Positions 47,762 through 57,761 of a stretch of DNA of 64,000 bases are shown one piece after another; position 1 is the first letter of the stretch, and the number at the start of each line of letters is the position of its first letter. A model generated the notes under the pieces. It saw nothing but the letters and a program-made list of their open reading frames with translations. It did no database searches and was not told the DNA's origin. Made by a program: the position numbers and the translations under genes. Source of the stretch: Candidatus Moraniibacteriota bacterium (lineage in GTDB: Bacteria; Patescibacteriota; Minisyncoccia; Moranbacterales; UBA2206); the NCBI GenBank assembly GCA_049303905.1, contig JBAQNP010000039.1:36682-100681 (forward strand), given 5' to 3'.

Positions 47762-50700
47762 TTATAAACTATTTTTTATCCACCTTAAGTCTTCAATGAT
47801 AATATTTTTTATCGCCAAGTCATAATTCTTTTTGTCTTTTTGAATTCTTCTGATCATAGCATCAATTTGCCGGTCTATCTCCCGTTCAATCAGTATTATC
47901 AAGAGATTCTTTGTTTTTTTGTTCAAAAATGGATTGATTTTGATCATTTGCAAAAGCTTGCTTTCATTTTGAATCAGTTTAGTTTCCGCCAGCAATTTGT
48001 TTTTCTCAGCTTTATTTTTGATCAGTCTTGCTTGATAATATTTTTCTACATTGCTTTGGAAAATAGCCAGATTCATTCCGACTGAAAATTCTGTTTCTTT
48101 TTCCGATTCATTACCAGCTTCATCCACCGCGGATATCTTGAGCTTATGCTTCCCTGGGACAAGCCTTGAAAGATCAATAATTTTGGAAGAAATTTTTTCA
48201 TTGTCCAAATATATTTCCGTTATAATTTTTTCCGGCGCTGAAATATTATCACTAACTGAAAAATCAATTTCCAAATTCAAATTTCCTGAATAAGTTTTGC
48301 TTTGAGGGCTCGTTATGACAATTTCCGGCGAAATTTCATCCGTGCTCAAAGTCGCCTCGCCATTTAGAACGGGCGCCACCACATAGTCAATTTGCTCATC
48401 TCCGTCAAAATCAGCCTTTAGATCTGACAAATCAGCTAGTCCCGCTTCAGGAACTTCCAATGCCACGCTGGTGTCTTTAGAAACTGGCAAATTAGCAAAG
48501 GCGGTATGGGAAACAATTTCTTCGCCTGTCTGCAAGAGAGTCACCTCTTCCAGCTTCAGTGTATACGCTCCGTCATCATATCCTTTCATTTCAATGCGAA
48601 TTTTTTCTCCTTCCGAAAAACCGACATATTTTCTTTCTCCAAATTGCCAATAATAACTATTAGGGATACTTTCTTCGAAAATGATTTTTTTGTTGCCATT
48701 TTCATCAGTGATTTCCTTTGGTCCGGTATGATTGCCATTTTCATCATACAGATGAACATCCAATGGGGAGTGAAGCGACATTCGAATACGCGGTTTGGCA
48801 TTGTCATAATCTTCCGGTCGAGAAATGTGGATATAATCAGGCAGTGAAGATGAATAATCTTTATTTTCAATAATATTTGAAATAAATTGTTGAAGAGAAC
48901 TTGTTTCGAGAATATTTCCGTGATTTCTATCAATATTTAATCCTTTATTATTTGACCACAAATCCACCCAATATTTTTCCACCTTATTTTCTTTTTTTGG
49001 TATCATCAGCGCGCTGGGAACAGTCACCACCTCATCACCATCCACTGTCCAGCTTGGCTCATAAATCGGTTCATACTCACCTGCTCCGGTACAAGATGGC
49101 AATTTTCCGTCTGCCGGATAGCAAGTGACTTTTTCTCTTTGGGAATATTTGACTCCGTTTATAGTGTCTAATCCCCAACCGGCGATTTGAATCACCTTTA
49201 CATTTTCCGGTGGTTCCCAAGAATCTAAACTTTCGTGAGACCACACTGCCTGTTCCAAAAGATTCTCCCGAAGAATATTTTCCTTTTCGATGTCTTCCTC
49301 GGCTGGATCTTCTCGTTCGTCAAGCTTGCCGGTCAAAAAATTCTGAAATTTTTCAAATTCCCCTTTTCCAATACTTTCGCCATATACTTCTTTGAAAATT
49401 TTATAAGGCGTATCAAGGGATGAATCCACGGCCGAAAAATCAATCAGCGGTTTTTCCAAGCGATTAAGATATTCTTCTGATGGCAAAAGCCCATAAGCTC
49501 CCGGCATATTTTCCACTAATTTTCTGGCTTCCGCGCGACTCATAAGTGATCCTAGTGCTAACTCTTCATCATATCCATATAGCAAAGAAAGAATTGACAT
49601 TGGAGTGCCCATCTGAGGCGAACCGACAAAAATAATCTTATCCACCGCTTCCTCCATGCCTATTTCTTCTAATTTTTGCATTATATTTTTAGCCAAAAGA
49701 CCGCCATTTGAATGTGCAATGATCGTTATTTTTCTGTTTTGAGAAGTCATCACTAGATTTTCAACTTCCTGCATAACTTCGACATCTGCCACATTTTTCC
49801 GCCAATCATAAGCCAGGAGGCGATAGTCATTAATATTCCGATTTTCCTTAAGGTCTTCCAGCTTTTCCGCTAAAGATTTATAGATATTCTCACCAGTAAA
49901 TGGAAGTTCTTCAATGACTCCTTTGGCATAGACATCTTCAACACTATCTCCATCTTCATCCAGAGCCAATTCCGACACATCATCTCCAAAATAATTCGGT
50001 GGCCATAATTGATCTTCACCCGAATCTCCATTTTTATACAAATAGCTGGCTTTTATTCCTGGCAAAAACAAAACATTGGCATTCTCATCAGGAAATAGTG
50101 CCCAGCGAGTAGAACTAAAACGATCAAAAAAGCAACTGATCAACATTTCTCCTTCTTTACCATCATAGAGGCTTAATTTCGGACCATCTGGTCTGCCGTA
50201 CCAATTATTTTTCAAAATAAGCATATCCAGAAGATTGGGATTGAAATTTATCTGCGGACCATAGATGCTGGAAACAACTGCTATATTATTGAGATTATTT
50301 TCAAAATTTGAATTGATAATTTTCAAGCTGTCGTCTTGATTTTCATTCTCCACCCTCAAATCAACTTCCACATCCATTCCGAAATTATATGAAAACTGGC
50401 AGTTTTCCATCCGCAGTTTTCCACCCTTGAAACTTAGCGCCGGCTCTCCATAGTCATCGGCATAGACGGTATTTATAAAAGAACGGAAAATATTTTTAAA
50501 AACTTGGCAATTACCATCCTCACATCCTCCACTACTGGATGGACTCGCTCCGCCATCAGATAATTTCACATAATTAAAAATTGATTCAGGAGTAGAAACT
50601 TTTCCATTTTCATCGTAAATATTATTTCCGAAATAAATCAAATTATTTCCGAAACCATCTCGGCGCGAAATATATATTGGATTTTCTTTTGTTCCATCGG

Positions 50701-51022
50701 CGATAATCCGACCGCCAAAAACAGAAATTTGCGTGGATTCCCCTTGACAACTGGTTACGAATTCAATTTTCGCTCCTGGTTTAATAGTAAGAGTTCCTCC
50801 TTCATATATATGCACTGACCTATTCAGAACATGTACGCCTTTTTCCAACACGGCGCCATCTCTGATTTCCCACCTATAATCACTCTCCTCACATTCGACA
50901 TATTCTTCTTCATCAATTTCATCCGCCGTTGTCAAACGATATGTGCCGAAAGACAACACTATTATCGCCAATAAACCAAGAATCAAAACAAGGGAATTCC
51001 TAAATATTTTGTTTTTTGACAT
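47762..51022 (-). CDS. large secreted multidomain protein with LCAT/PGAP1-like alpha/beta-hydrolase (lipase/acyltransferase) domain and C-terminal coiled coil
   Basis: Signal anchor; LLAYDWR motif and nucleophile elbow IIAHSNGG (A/G-H-S-x-G), characteristic of the LCAT-like family; Ig-like beta region KLKISAVDEAGNESE; 1086 aa. Confidence 0.55.
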   Translation of the reverse strand: MSKNKIFRNSLVLILGLLAIIVLSFGTYRLTTADEIDEEEYVECEESDYRWEIRDGAVLEKGVHVLNRSVHIYEGGTLTIKPGAKIEFVTSCQGESTQISVFGGRIIADGTKENPIYISRRDGFGNNLIYFGNNIYDENGKVSTPESIFNYVKLSDGGASPSSSGGCEDGNCQVFKNIFRSFINTVYADDYGEPALSFKGGKLRMENCQFSYNFGMDVEVDLRVENENQDDSLKIINSNFENNLNNIAVVSSIYGPQINFNPNLLDMLILKNNWYGRPDGPKLSLYDGKEGEMLISCFFDRFSSTRWALFPDENANVLFLPGIKASYLYKNGDSGEDQLWPPNYFGDDVSELALDEDGDSVEDVYAKGVIEELPFTGENIYKSLAEKLEDLKENRNINDYRLLAYDWRKNVADVEVMQEVENLVMTSQNRKITIIAHSNGGLLAKNIMQKLEEIGMEEAVDKIIFVGSPQMGTPMSILSLLYGYDEELALGSLMSRAEARKLVENMPGAYGLLPSEEYLNRLEKPLIDFSAVDSSLDTPYKIFKEVYGESIGKGEFEKFQNFLTGKLDEREDPAEEDIEKENILRENLLEQAVWSHESLDSWEPPENVKVIQIAGWGLDTINGVKYSQREKVTCYPADGKLPSCTGAGEYEPIYEPSWTVDGDEVVTVPSALMIPKKENKVEKYWVDLWSNNKGLNIDRNHGNILETSSLQQFISNIIENKDYSSSLPDYIHISRPEDYDNAKPRIRMSLHSPLDVHLYDENGNHTGPKEITDENGNKKIIFEESIPNSYYWQFGERKYVGFSEGEKIRIEMKGYDDGAYTLKLEEVTLLQTGEEIVSHTAFANLPVSKDTSVALEVPEAGLADLSDLKADFDGDEQIDYVVAPVLNGEATLSTDEISPEIVITSPQSKTYSGNLNLEIDFSVSDNISAPEKIITEIYLDNEKISSKIIDLSRLVPGKHKLKISAVDEAGNESEKETEFSVGMNLAIFQSNVEKYYQARLIKNKAEKNKLLAETKLIQNESKLLQMIKINPFLNKKTKNLLIILIEREIDRQIDAMIRRIQKDKKNYDLAIKNIIIEDLRWIKNSL

Positions 51023-51100
51023 ATTTTTTTGTTTTTAATTTTTATTAATTATTAAGATTATTTTTTTACTTCAAAGCTTCTGGTATTAATTTACTATGCC

Positions 51101-51364
51101 TTATTTCTTAACTATTTTCCAATGCCCGCCCTTGTCCGGACCGATTCTCTCAAGTAGTCCTTTTTCCTTAAGTTCAGCTATATTATTTCTCACATTCTTC
51201 TCGTTGATACTTACTTTCAGACTTAATTCTCTTTGAGTAATAGCTTTATTTCTATTTATTTCAAAAAGTATTTCTTTTTGATTTTTAGAAAGCCCTAAGT
51301 TTTCTAGGTCTTTTTCTAGGTCTTTAATCTCTCTTATTACAACACAATATAAAAAAAGACGCAA
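51101..51364 (-). CDS. small winged-helix DNA-binding protein (putative regulator); start codon uncertain
   Basis: ...SKNQKEILFEINRNKAITQRELSLKVSINEKNVRNNIAELKEKGLLERIG resembles the wHTH of MarR/PadR/Lrp-like proteins. The only in-frame ATG lies inside the metK terminator stem. Confidence 0.45.
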   Translation of the reverse strand: MRLFLYCVVIREIKDLEKDLENLGLSKNQKEILFEINRNKAITQRELSLKVSINEKNVRNNIAELKEKGLLERIGPDKGGHWKIVKK

Positions 51365-51380
51365 CTATTTTGCGTCTTTT
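51351..51380 (-). terminator. rho-independent terminator downstream of metK
   Basis: Minus strand AAAAGACGCAAAATAGTTGCGTCTTTTTTTA: 9-bp perfect stem, 5-nt loop, T7 tract. Confidence 0.7.
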
Positions 51381-51387
51381 ATAATCA

Positions 51388-52566
51388 TTATTTGCATTTC
51401 CCCATCTCCCTCTTCAATTTCCCCGCCACATCCGTTTTTTCCCAAGTGAAATCTTTATCGTCTCGGCCGAAATGACCGTAGGCGGAAGTTTTTCGGTAGA
51501 TTGGGCGCTTTAGTTTTAGGGTGTCGGCAATAGCTTTTGGCTTGAAATCGAAATATTTTTTGATAAGTTCAATAATTTTTGTTTCATCAATTTTCTCGGT
51601 GCCGAAAGTATCGATGTAGATTCCCACTGGCTCGGCCACTCCAATCGCATAGGCAACTTGCAGTTGGCATTTTTTGGCTAGGCCAGATGCCACCACATTT
51701 TTGGCCACGTAGCGCGCCATATAGGCACCGCTTCGATCAACTTTGGAAGAATCTTTTCCAGAAAATGCGCCACCACCATGCGGAGCTACTCCACCATAAG
51801 TGTCCACGATAATTTTTCTGCCCGTAAGTCCGGCGTCTCCTGGAGGTCCGCCAATCACAAATCTTCCGGTTGGGTTGATGAAAATTTTGGTTTTTTTGTC
51901 GAGCAAATTTTCCAAAATCGGTTCGATTACTTGCTCTCGAATGTCCGCTCGCAGTTTTTTCAAACTTACCTTGTCGCTGTGATGGGCTGAAATTACCACC
52001 GTTTCCACTCGCTTGGCAATGCCATTTTCATATTCAATCGTCACTTGGCTTTTGCCGTCTGGTCGCAGATAGGGCAAGATGCCTTCTTTCCTAACTTGCG
52101 TGAGACGCTTGGTCAATTTATGCGCCAGAAGAATTGGCAGTGGCATAAGTTCTGGAGTTTCGTCAGTCGCATAACCAATCATAAGACCTTGGTCTCCCGC
52201 GCCCTGCTCCTTATATTCCCCCGCTTCCTCATCCACGCCCTGCGCAATGTCTGGACTTTGTTCATGGAGTGTGATGACCACTCCCACATCATCTGCAGAA
52301 AAACCATATTCCGGTTTGTCATAGCCAATGTCACAAAGCACTTCTCGCACCACTTGATCAATATTGACATATGCCTTAGTCCTTGCCTCTCCACCCACCA
52401 AAACCAAACCGGTAGTGCAAAAGCATTCGATCCCCGCGTGACTATCCTTGTCTTGTTTGAGCATCTCATCCAAAATGCCATCTGAAATGCGATCACAAAC
52501 TTTGTCCGGATGACCTTCTGTTACTGACTCTGAAGTAATAAGTCTGATATTTTTTTTCGTTTCCAT
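51388..52566 (-). CDS. metK: S-adenosylmethionine synthetase
   Basis: [28 protein letters not shown], and the full-length MAT signature. Confidence 0.95.
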   Translation of the reverse strand: METKKNIRLITSESVTEGHPDKVCDRISDGILDEMLKQDKDSHAGIECFCTTGLVLVGGEARTKAYVNIDQVVREVLCDIGYDKPEYGFSADDVGVVITLHEQSPDIAQGVDEEAGEYKEQGAGDQGLMIGYATDETPELMPLPILLAHKLTKRLTQVRKEGILPYLRPDGKSQVTIEYENGIAKRVETVVISAHHSDKVSLKKLRADIREQVIEPILENLLDKKTKIFINPTGRFVIGGPPGDAGLTGRKIIVDTYGGVAPHGGGAFSGKDSSKVDRSGAYMARYVAKNVVASGLAKKCQLQVAYAIGVAEPVGIYIDTFGTEKIDETKIIELIKKYFDFKPKAIADTLKLKRPIYRKTSAYGHFGRDDKDFTWEKTDVAGKLKREMGKCK

Positions 52567-52584
52567 TTTTCAAATTTTAATTAA

Positions 52585-53541
52585 TTATTTTACCTTGTAA
52601 TATTCCTTATACCAAGCGACAAAATTTTTGATTCCTTCTTCGATTCGAGTTGAAGGCGCCCAGCCAAGTTTGCGAAGTTTTTTGATGTCAGCCACGGTCG
52701 CTGGAACATCTCCTGGTTGCATTGGCATAAGTTTCTTTTTAGCTTTCTTTCTAAGACATTCTTCCAAAACTTCAATGTAGCGGAGGAGTTTTTCTTCACG
52801 GTCTCCTCCAATATTCATCACGCCATAATCTAAATTAGCATCCAACACCGTGATGGTGCCAGAAACGATATCATCAATATAGGTGAAGTTTCGCGACATT
52901 TTTCCACGGTTATATACTTCAATTGGTTTGCCAGCGAGGGTATTTTTTGTGAATTTGAAAAGCGCCATATCCGGTCGTCCCCATGGGCCATAGACGGTGA
53001 AAAATCGCAGTCCCGTCGTTTTTAGACCATAGATGTGAGAAAAAACATGCGCCATTAGTTCTGTGGCTTTTTTAGAAGCGGCGTATGGAGAGATCGGAGT
53101 GTCGACATTGTCAGTTTCCGAAAATGGTTGCTTTTTATTATTGCCATAAACCGAAGATGAAGAAGCATAAATGAAATTTTTGATTTTATACTTCGCGCTT
53201 AAATTCAACAAATTAGTTGTGCCAAGAATATTGACATCAGCATAAAGAAGCGGGTGTTCAATGGCATAACGCACTCCCGCCATCGCGGCTAGATGAATCA
53301 CTTTGTCAATTTTTTCAGTCTTGAAAATTTTCTCCGTTAATTTCTCGTCGCGAATATCTCCACGATACAGCTTGAATTTGTAGCCTTTCAAAAATATCTT
53401 AATTCTCGCCTCTTTCAGGCTTGGGTCATAATAGTCATTAAAATTATCAATCAAAACTACCTGGTCTCCTCTATCCATCAATTTTTTGGCAATAGCACTG
53501 CCGATAAATCCTGCTCCTCCCGTGATTAGAACTTTTGTCAT
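52585..53541 (-). CDS. NAD-dependent sugar-nucleotide epimerase, UDP-glucuronate 4-epimerase-like
   Basis: MTKVLITGGAGFIGS...DNFNDYYDPSLKEARI (block typical of UDP-GlcA 4-epimerases)...YASSSSVYG...YAASK. The start is taken at the internal Met (CAT at 53539-53541). Confidence 0.7.
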   Translation of the reverse strand: MTKVLITGGAGFIGSAIAKKLMDRGDQVVLIDNFNDYYDPSLKEARIKIFLKGYKFKLYRGDIRDEKLTEKIFKTEKIDKVIHLAAMAGVRYAIEHPLLYADVNILGTTNLLNLSAKYKIKNFIYASSSSVYGNNKKQPFSETDNVDTPISPYAASKKATELMAHVFSHIYGLKTTGLRFFTVYGPWGRPDMALFKFTKNTLAGKPIEVYNRGKMSRNFTYIDDIVSGTITVLDANLDYGVMNIGGDREEKLLRYIEVLEECLRKKAKKKLMPMQPGDVPATVADIKKLRKLGWAPSTRIEEGIKNFVAWYKEYYKVK

Positions 53542-53590
53542 ATGTTTTATTGTTTCATGTTTCATGCTTCATGTTTCATGATACATGATT
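53539..53590. repeat. Heptad CATGAAA element, copy 4, spanning a GT4 stop / epimerase start junction
   Basis: Minus strand reads ATCATGAAACATGAAGCATGAAACATGAAACAATAAAACATATG. It encodes the GT4 C-terminus ...IMKHEA-stop and ends in the epimerase ATG. Confidence 0.55.
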
Positions 53591-54752
53591 TTAAATAATT
53601 ATAATATTCTTCGTTATGACTGTTTTTATTAGTATAATCAAGTAAGACTTTTTTTCGCGCTTTCTTTCCTATATCTTGTCTTAATTTTTCATCTTCAACC
53701 AGTCGGCTTATTTTTTCCACCCACTCGGAAGTTTTATCCGCTAAAAATCCATCCACGCCATCAGAAATTGCTTCGCTAAAAGTTTGATTTCTCACCGCCA
53801 CAGTCGGAATTTCAAGAATTCCCGCTTCAAAAAATTTGAGTTCCGATCTTGATTCACAAAAAGGATTACCAATTTCCAAAGGCACTATGTTAATATCACA
53901 TTTAAAAATATTATTGTAATATTCTTCTCGTGGCACTCTCGGCAAAATTTCAATGCGATCTTTGAATCTATTAAGTTTATTTTCGATATCTAGCGGTCCT
54001 GCTAAAAGCAATTTGACATTTTTATTTTTTTCTAAAATTTCTAAAAGCGCATCATTTATTGTGGCAAAATCCCTATTATGCGAATAAGTTCCAGAAAAAT
54101 ATCCTATCCGCAAAAATCCATCCTGTTTTTTTCTTTCTGATAATATTTTATCAGCAATTTCCAATTCATTATTGGAAATTTTATTCGGCACTATAAAAAC
54201 TTTTTTATTCTTTTCTCTAATTTTCTGCGCTAAATATGAAACAGTGGTGGTGCATACCTTAACATATTCGTCATTTATAATTTCTGCGCCAATTCCTTTT
54301 TCATATTCTTTTTTTTCCGAGTCCGAAATAAGTGAAAAATAGTCCATATATTTCAAATATTGCGGATCGTAGTCCAAATCATCCGTGTCAAAAATAATTT
54401 CTTTGTTTTGTTTTTTTATCTCGGAAATTAATTTAGCTATTTTTTCGTTATAAGTCACTTTATGCAAAACAAAAATCTTAAACTTATTGGCAAATTTTAT
54501 CAAATTAACATTATCTGCCACGGTCACGGCACATTTGAAATCATGGATCATTAATTCTTCCGCTACGCCAAAAGCTCGAAAATGAGCTTTGTCGCCTATT
54601 CCTCCTGTGATGAATAAGATTTCTCCTGAATTCACGAAAAAAGATTTGGCATAATCTTTGACATATCCCAAAACTATTTTTCCGCCAATTCTAATTCCGC
54701 TTTTCTCCATCATCCGGCACGCTTTATTCAATTTTATCAAAAAAGATTTCAT
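53562..54752 (-). CDS. GT4 family glycosyltransferase
   Basis: Rossmann N-terminal domain plus C-terminal GNPFCESRSELKFFEAGILEIPTVAV...DGVDGFL, typical GT4. Confidence 0.7.
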   Translation of the reverse strand: MKSFLIKLNKACRMMEKSGIRIGGKIVLGYVKDYAKSFFVNSGEILFITGGIGDKAHFRAFGVAEELMIHDFKCAVTVADNVNLIKFANKFKIFVLHKVTYNEKIAKLISEIKKQNKEIIFDTDDLDYDPQYLKYMDYFSLISDSEKKEYEKGIGAEIINDEYVKVCTTTVSYLAQKIREKNKKVFIVPNKISNNELEIADKILSERKKQDGFLRIGYFSGTYSHNRDFATINDALLEILEKNKNVKLLLAGPLDIENKLNRFKDRIEILPRVPREEYYNNIFKCDINIVPLEIGNPFCESRSELKFFEAGILEIPTVAVRNQTFSEAISDGVDGFLADKTSEWVEKISRLVEDEKLRQDIGKKARKKVLLDYTNKNSHNEEYYNYLKSCIMKHEA

Positions 54753-54760
54753 ATTCCCAA

Positions 54761-56152
54761 CTAATCCCCCTTTTGAAATTCAAATTTCAAATCCTTGTCT
54801 AATGTTTGCTCTTGATTATATTCTCCGTCCTTAGTTTTTAGATGAACCTTGAAAGGAATATTCCCCACTCCGGATTGTTTTTGAATTAATAGATTATAAT
54901 CATCAATATTGAAACCAGCCGGCAATTCATATTTGATTGTGGCATTAGTTTCTCGACCAATCAAAACGTGACAGATAAAACCGAAATATGTTTTTTCAAA
55001 ATCCTCTCCCTTGTTCGCTAAACTCACCATTTTACTTTCTAAGAAAGTTGAACCTTTTGGAACATAGACGCGCAGATATGAATGATAGTCGGAGGTGCGC
55101 CAATCACCATAAGTAGCAGTGTTTTTATATAAAATATTAAGTGTCACGGTCGGTTTTTCGAGTGTCAAATCAACGTCATAAGAAACATCTCGTTTGATAT
55201 AGTGATCGGTTTTTAGGGCGCCCATATTAGCATCCACCATCATCAGATAATCAGAATTCCAGCCCTTAGCTACCTTTCCGTCCCAATAAACACTTTCCAC
55301 AAGACCTTGAAGATATGGGTCTTTGAAATTTATCATCACATTTCTATTTTGCAATTCTTTGTGTCCAAGTTCGGCAATCTTAGTGATATTTCCTAAGCTA
55401 AATAATTTTTCAATCATCATCGGTGCCATCTTTTTCATAATTTCCTTTCTGTTTTGCGTGTCTATTTCTGGATTCATAATATAGCGTTTTTCCACATATT
55501 CTTCCAATTTCAAAGCTCCATCCGTGCTGTTAAATGTGACGCCGTATCCTGGAACAGTGATCGGACCAGTTAGTTCCAAAACATCGTTGAAAACTTCAGC
55601 GTTAACTGCAATCACTCCATCGAAATCAGAATTTCTTCCCGCTAGGCGATAGAAATATTTGGCTTTTTCCACATTAGTTGGAAAATCTGGTGAAAAATTT
55701 GAATCGCGAAATTTCCACTTCTTTATATCCATCATCCGAGTGAAAGGATATGGTGGCGCAATTTTAGCATCAATTCTTTGATCTAAAAGATTAGCATCTT
55801 CAAAGAAAGTAGAAATCACTTCGCCGTCCTTGACCTTCAAAATCGCATACTGACCCAAAAATCCTCCCCCAGGACGGAGCTCCATATTATTTTGAAGCAT
55901 CAACATAAAAGTCCGCGTCACGCCATCTTTTTTGGTGAAATATTCTACTAGCTTATTTATCACATCCAGCTCTTTTTTTTCATCATCAGGAATAGGCAAA
56001 AGGCCGGAAAATTTGTTAATCACCGCTAGCGATTTTATAGCAAGGTCTCTTTTGTTGATTTTAGAAAAATTGAATAAATATACTCCGCCCGCCAGAAGAA
56101 CCAGAGCAATCCCAATTAAAATCATCCTTCTTCTAGTGAAAAAATTTTTCAT
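54761..56152 (-). CDS. membrane-anchored extracytoplasmic protein, DUF4012-like
   Basis: N-terminal TM helix; LRPGGGFLGQYAILKVKDGEV block; 463 aa; the family call is from memory. Confidence 0.4.
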   Translation of the reverse strand: MKNFFTRRRMILIGIALVLLAGGVYLFNFSKINKRDLAIKSLAVINKFSGLLPIPDDEKKELDVINKLVEYFTKKDGVTRTFMLMLQNNMELRPGGGFLGQYAILKVKDGEVISTFFEDANLLDQRIDAKIAPPYPFTRMMDIKKWKFRDSNFSPDFPTNVEKAKYFYRLAGRNSDFDGVIAVNAEVFNDVLELTGPITVPGYGVTFNSTDGALKLEEYVEKRYIMNPEIDTQNRKEIMKKMAPMMIEKLFSLGNITKIAELGHKELQNRNVMINFKDPYLQGLVESVYWDGKVAKGWNSDYLMMVDANMGALKTDHYIKRDVSYDVDLTLEKPTVTLNILYKNTATYGDWRTSDYHSYLRVYVPKGSTFLESKMVSLANKGEDFEKTYFGFICHVLIGRETNATIKYELPAGFNIDDYNLLIQKQSGVGNIPFKVHLKTKDGEYNQEQTLDKDLKFEFQKGD

Positions 56153-56279
56153 TTATTTTTTTGTTTATTATTAAATTAATTTGTCGGCAAAAACAAAAAG
56201 TATTTCGCAATACTTGCTTTCCCCTACTGTTTAATTCTAACTCAAATATTAAATATTGGCAAAACTGATTTTTTTGGTT

Positions 56280-56294
56280 ATAATAGAACATATG
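56280..56294 (+). promoter_or_regulatory. candidate -10 box (TATAAT) 6 nt upstream of a probable leaderless/short-leader start
   Basis: GGTTATAATAGAACATATG; the ATG at 56292 begins MKNFQQF... Confidence 0.3.
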
Positions 56295-57761
56295 AAAAAC
56301 TTCCAACAATTTAAGGATTTTTGCAAAAAATCACACTTTCTATTATTCCTAATCTTGACTATTTTCTTTTTGAAGGGACTGGTGCTTATCGCTGTTATTC
56401 CAATTTTTAATGGTTATGATGAAGCTCGCCATTATAACACCATTCAATACCTAGCCGAATCAAAAGAAAAAAATTGGCCAAAAATTGAAAAAGACAAAAC
56501 TGATGAGGGCGATTTAGTTCAACGCTTCAACTATAGTGAAGAGATAAAAAAAACGGCTGAAAAAATCCGCTGTGTTGGTGGGGAAGATAAATGCAACCTA
56601 TATGAAAATAATCTTTTTATTCAAGGTTTCTATGGTCAAAATGAAAAAGAAATCAATAGCCGACCATGGAAACAATATAATGATGAATATCCGGTAAATA
56701 TAGCTTCTTCTGGAAAAAGCTTGTACCATAAACTTGGCGCCATAATTGAAAAATTGCTTAGTGAAAAAAGTATCCTGACTAGATTTTATACTCTTCGAGT
56801 CTTTTCAGTTCTATTTGGAACAATAACTATTCTCATTTTCTATCTAATTTTGAAAAATATCGGTTTTGCAAAAAAACACAGTTTGATTCTTACTGCCATC
56901 ATTTCTTTTCAACCTCACTTTTCTTTTTACTATACTTATATAAATTATGACTGCCTATTGATTTTATTTTTTGCTACTTTTGTTTTGGGCACAATTCTTT
57001 CTCTTAAAGACGGAATTAATTGGAAAAACTTAGCACTAATGATAGCATCTATTTTCTTTGGAATTTGGGTTAAGGGAACCGCCTACATACTCCTAGCTGT
57101 TTTTGTTTTTCTAATTTCTTTCCTTGTTTATAAAAAATTATCCAAAAAAACTAACGTCAAAGCCGTCTTTTGGTTATATTTTTTTCTCGCCATTTCTCTT
57201 TTCATTATAATGATAACCCTTGCAAAATATTTGCCCCTAATAGGAAATTTCAATGAAATCGCTGGAAGTTTTTTCCGCTATTTCATGAAAAATGCTGATT
57301 TTGGACTTATTCTTTTATCATCAAAGACTTATTGGGGAACCTTGCCTTTTGGCAATTGGATTTCCAATAACCTCATTAATATTATTTGGTTCATTCAATC
57401 CATTTCAATTATCGGCCTATTCCTTTTTATTTTTTCAAAAAAGAAACCCGAATTTTTACCAGAAAAAAAATATGTTATTTTTTTTATTTTAATGATCATT
57501 GCCCTTCAAATCGGTATTCGTTTAGCTGACTGGCAGTATTTCACTCTTTATGGAAGATTAGAATTGCAAACTCCAGGGAGATATTTCTTTCCTAATATCG
57601 CTCTCCATATCACACTCGTCTTTATCGGCCTAGGTATGATTTCAAAAATCCTAAAAAAAGAAAACTATTTCGACTTTATTTTATCCTCTGGGCTAGTTTT
57701 TATGTTTATTCTTTTTATGCATAATTTATTCAATTTGTTATTATTAGATTTTTATTTATGA
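56292..57761 (+). CDS. polytopic membrane protein, possible GT-C-like glycosyltransferase (YDEARHY motif)
   Basis: About 12 TM helices; a DE-containing motif GYDEARHY in the first predicted external loop. The start is chosen at the internal Met, since the upstream 12 codons overlap a -10-like TATAAT. Confidence 0.4.
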   Translation: MKNFQQFKDFCKKSHFLLFLILTIFFLKGLVLIAVIPIFNGYDEARHYNTIQYLAESKEKNWPKIEKDKTDEGDLVQRFNYSEEIKKTAEKIRCVGGEDKCNLYENNLFIQGFYGQNEKEINSRPWKQYNDEYPVNIASSGKSLYHKLGAIIEKLLSEKSILTRFYTLRVFSVLFGTITILIFYLILKNIGFAKKHSLILTAIISFQPHFSFYYTYINYDCLLILFFATFVLGTILSLKDGINWKNLALMIASIFFGIWVKGTAYILLAVFVFLISFLVYKKLSKKTNVKAVFWLYFFLAISLFIIMITLAKYLPLIGNFNEIAGSFFRYFMKNADFGLILLSSKTYWGTLPFGNWISNNLINIIWFIQSISIIGLFLFIFSKKKPEFLPEKKYVIFFILMIIALQIGIRLADWQYFTLYGRLELQTPGRYFFPNIALHITLVFIGLGMISKILKKENYFDFILSSGLVFMFILFMHNLFNLLLLDFYL

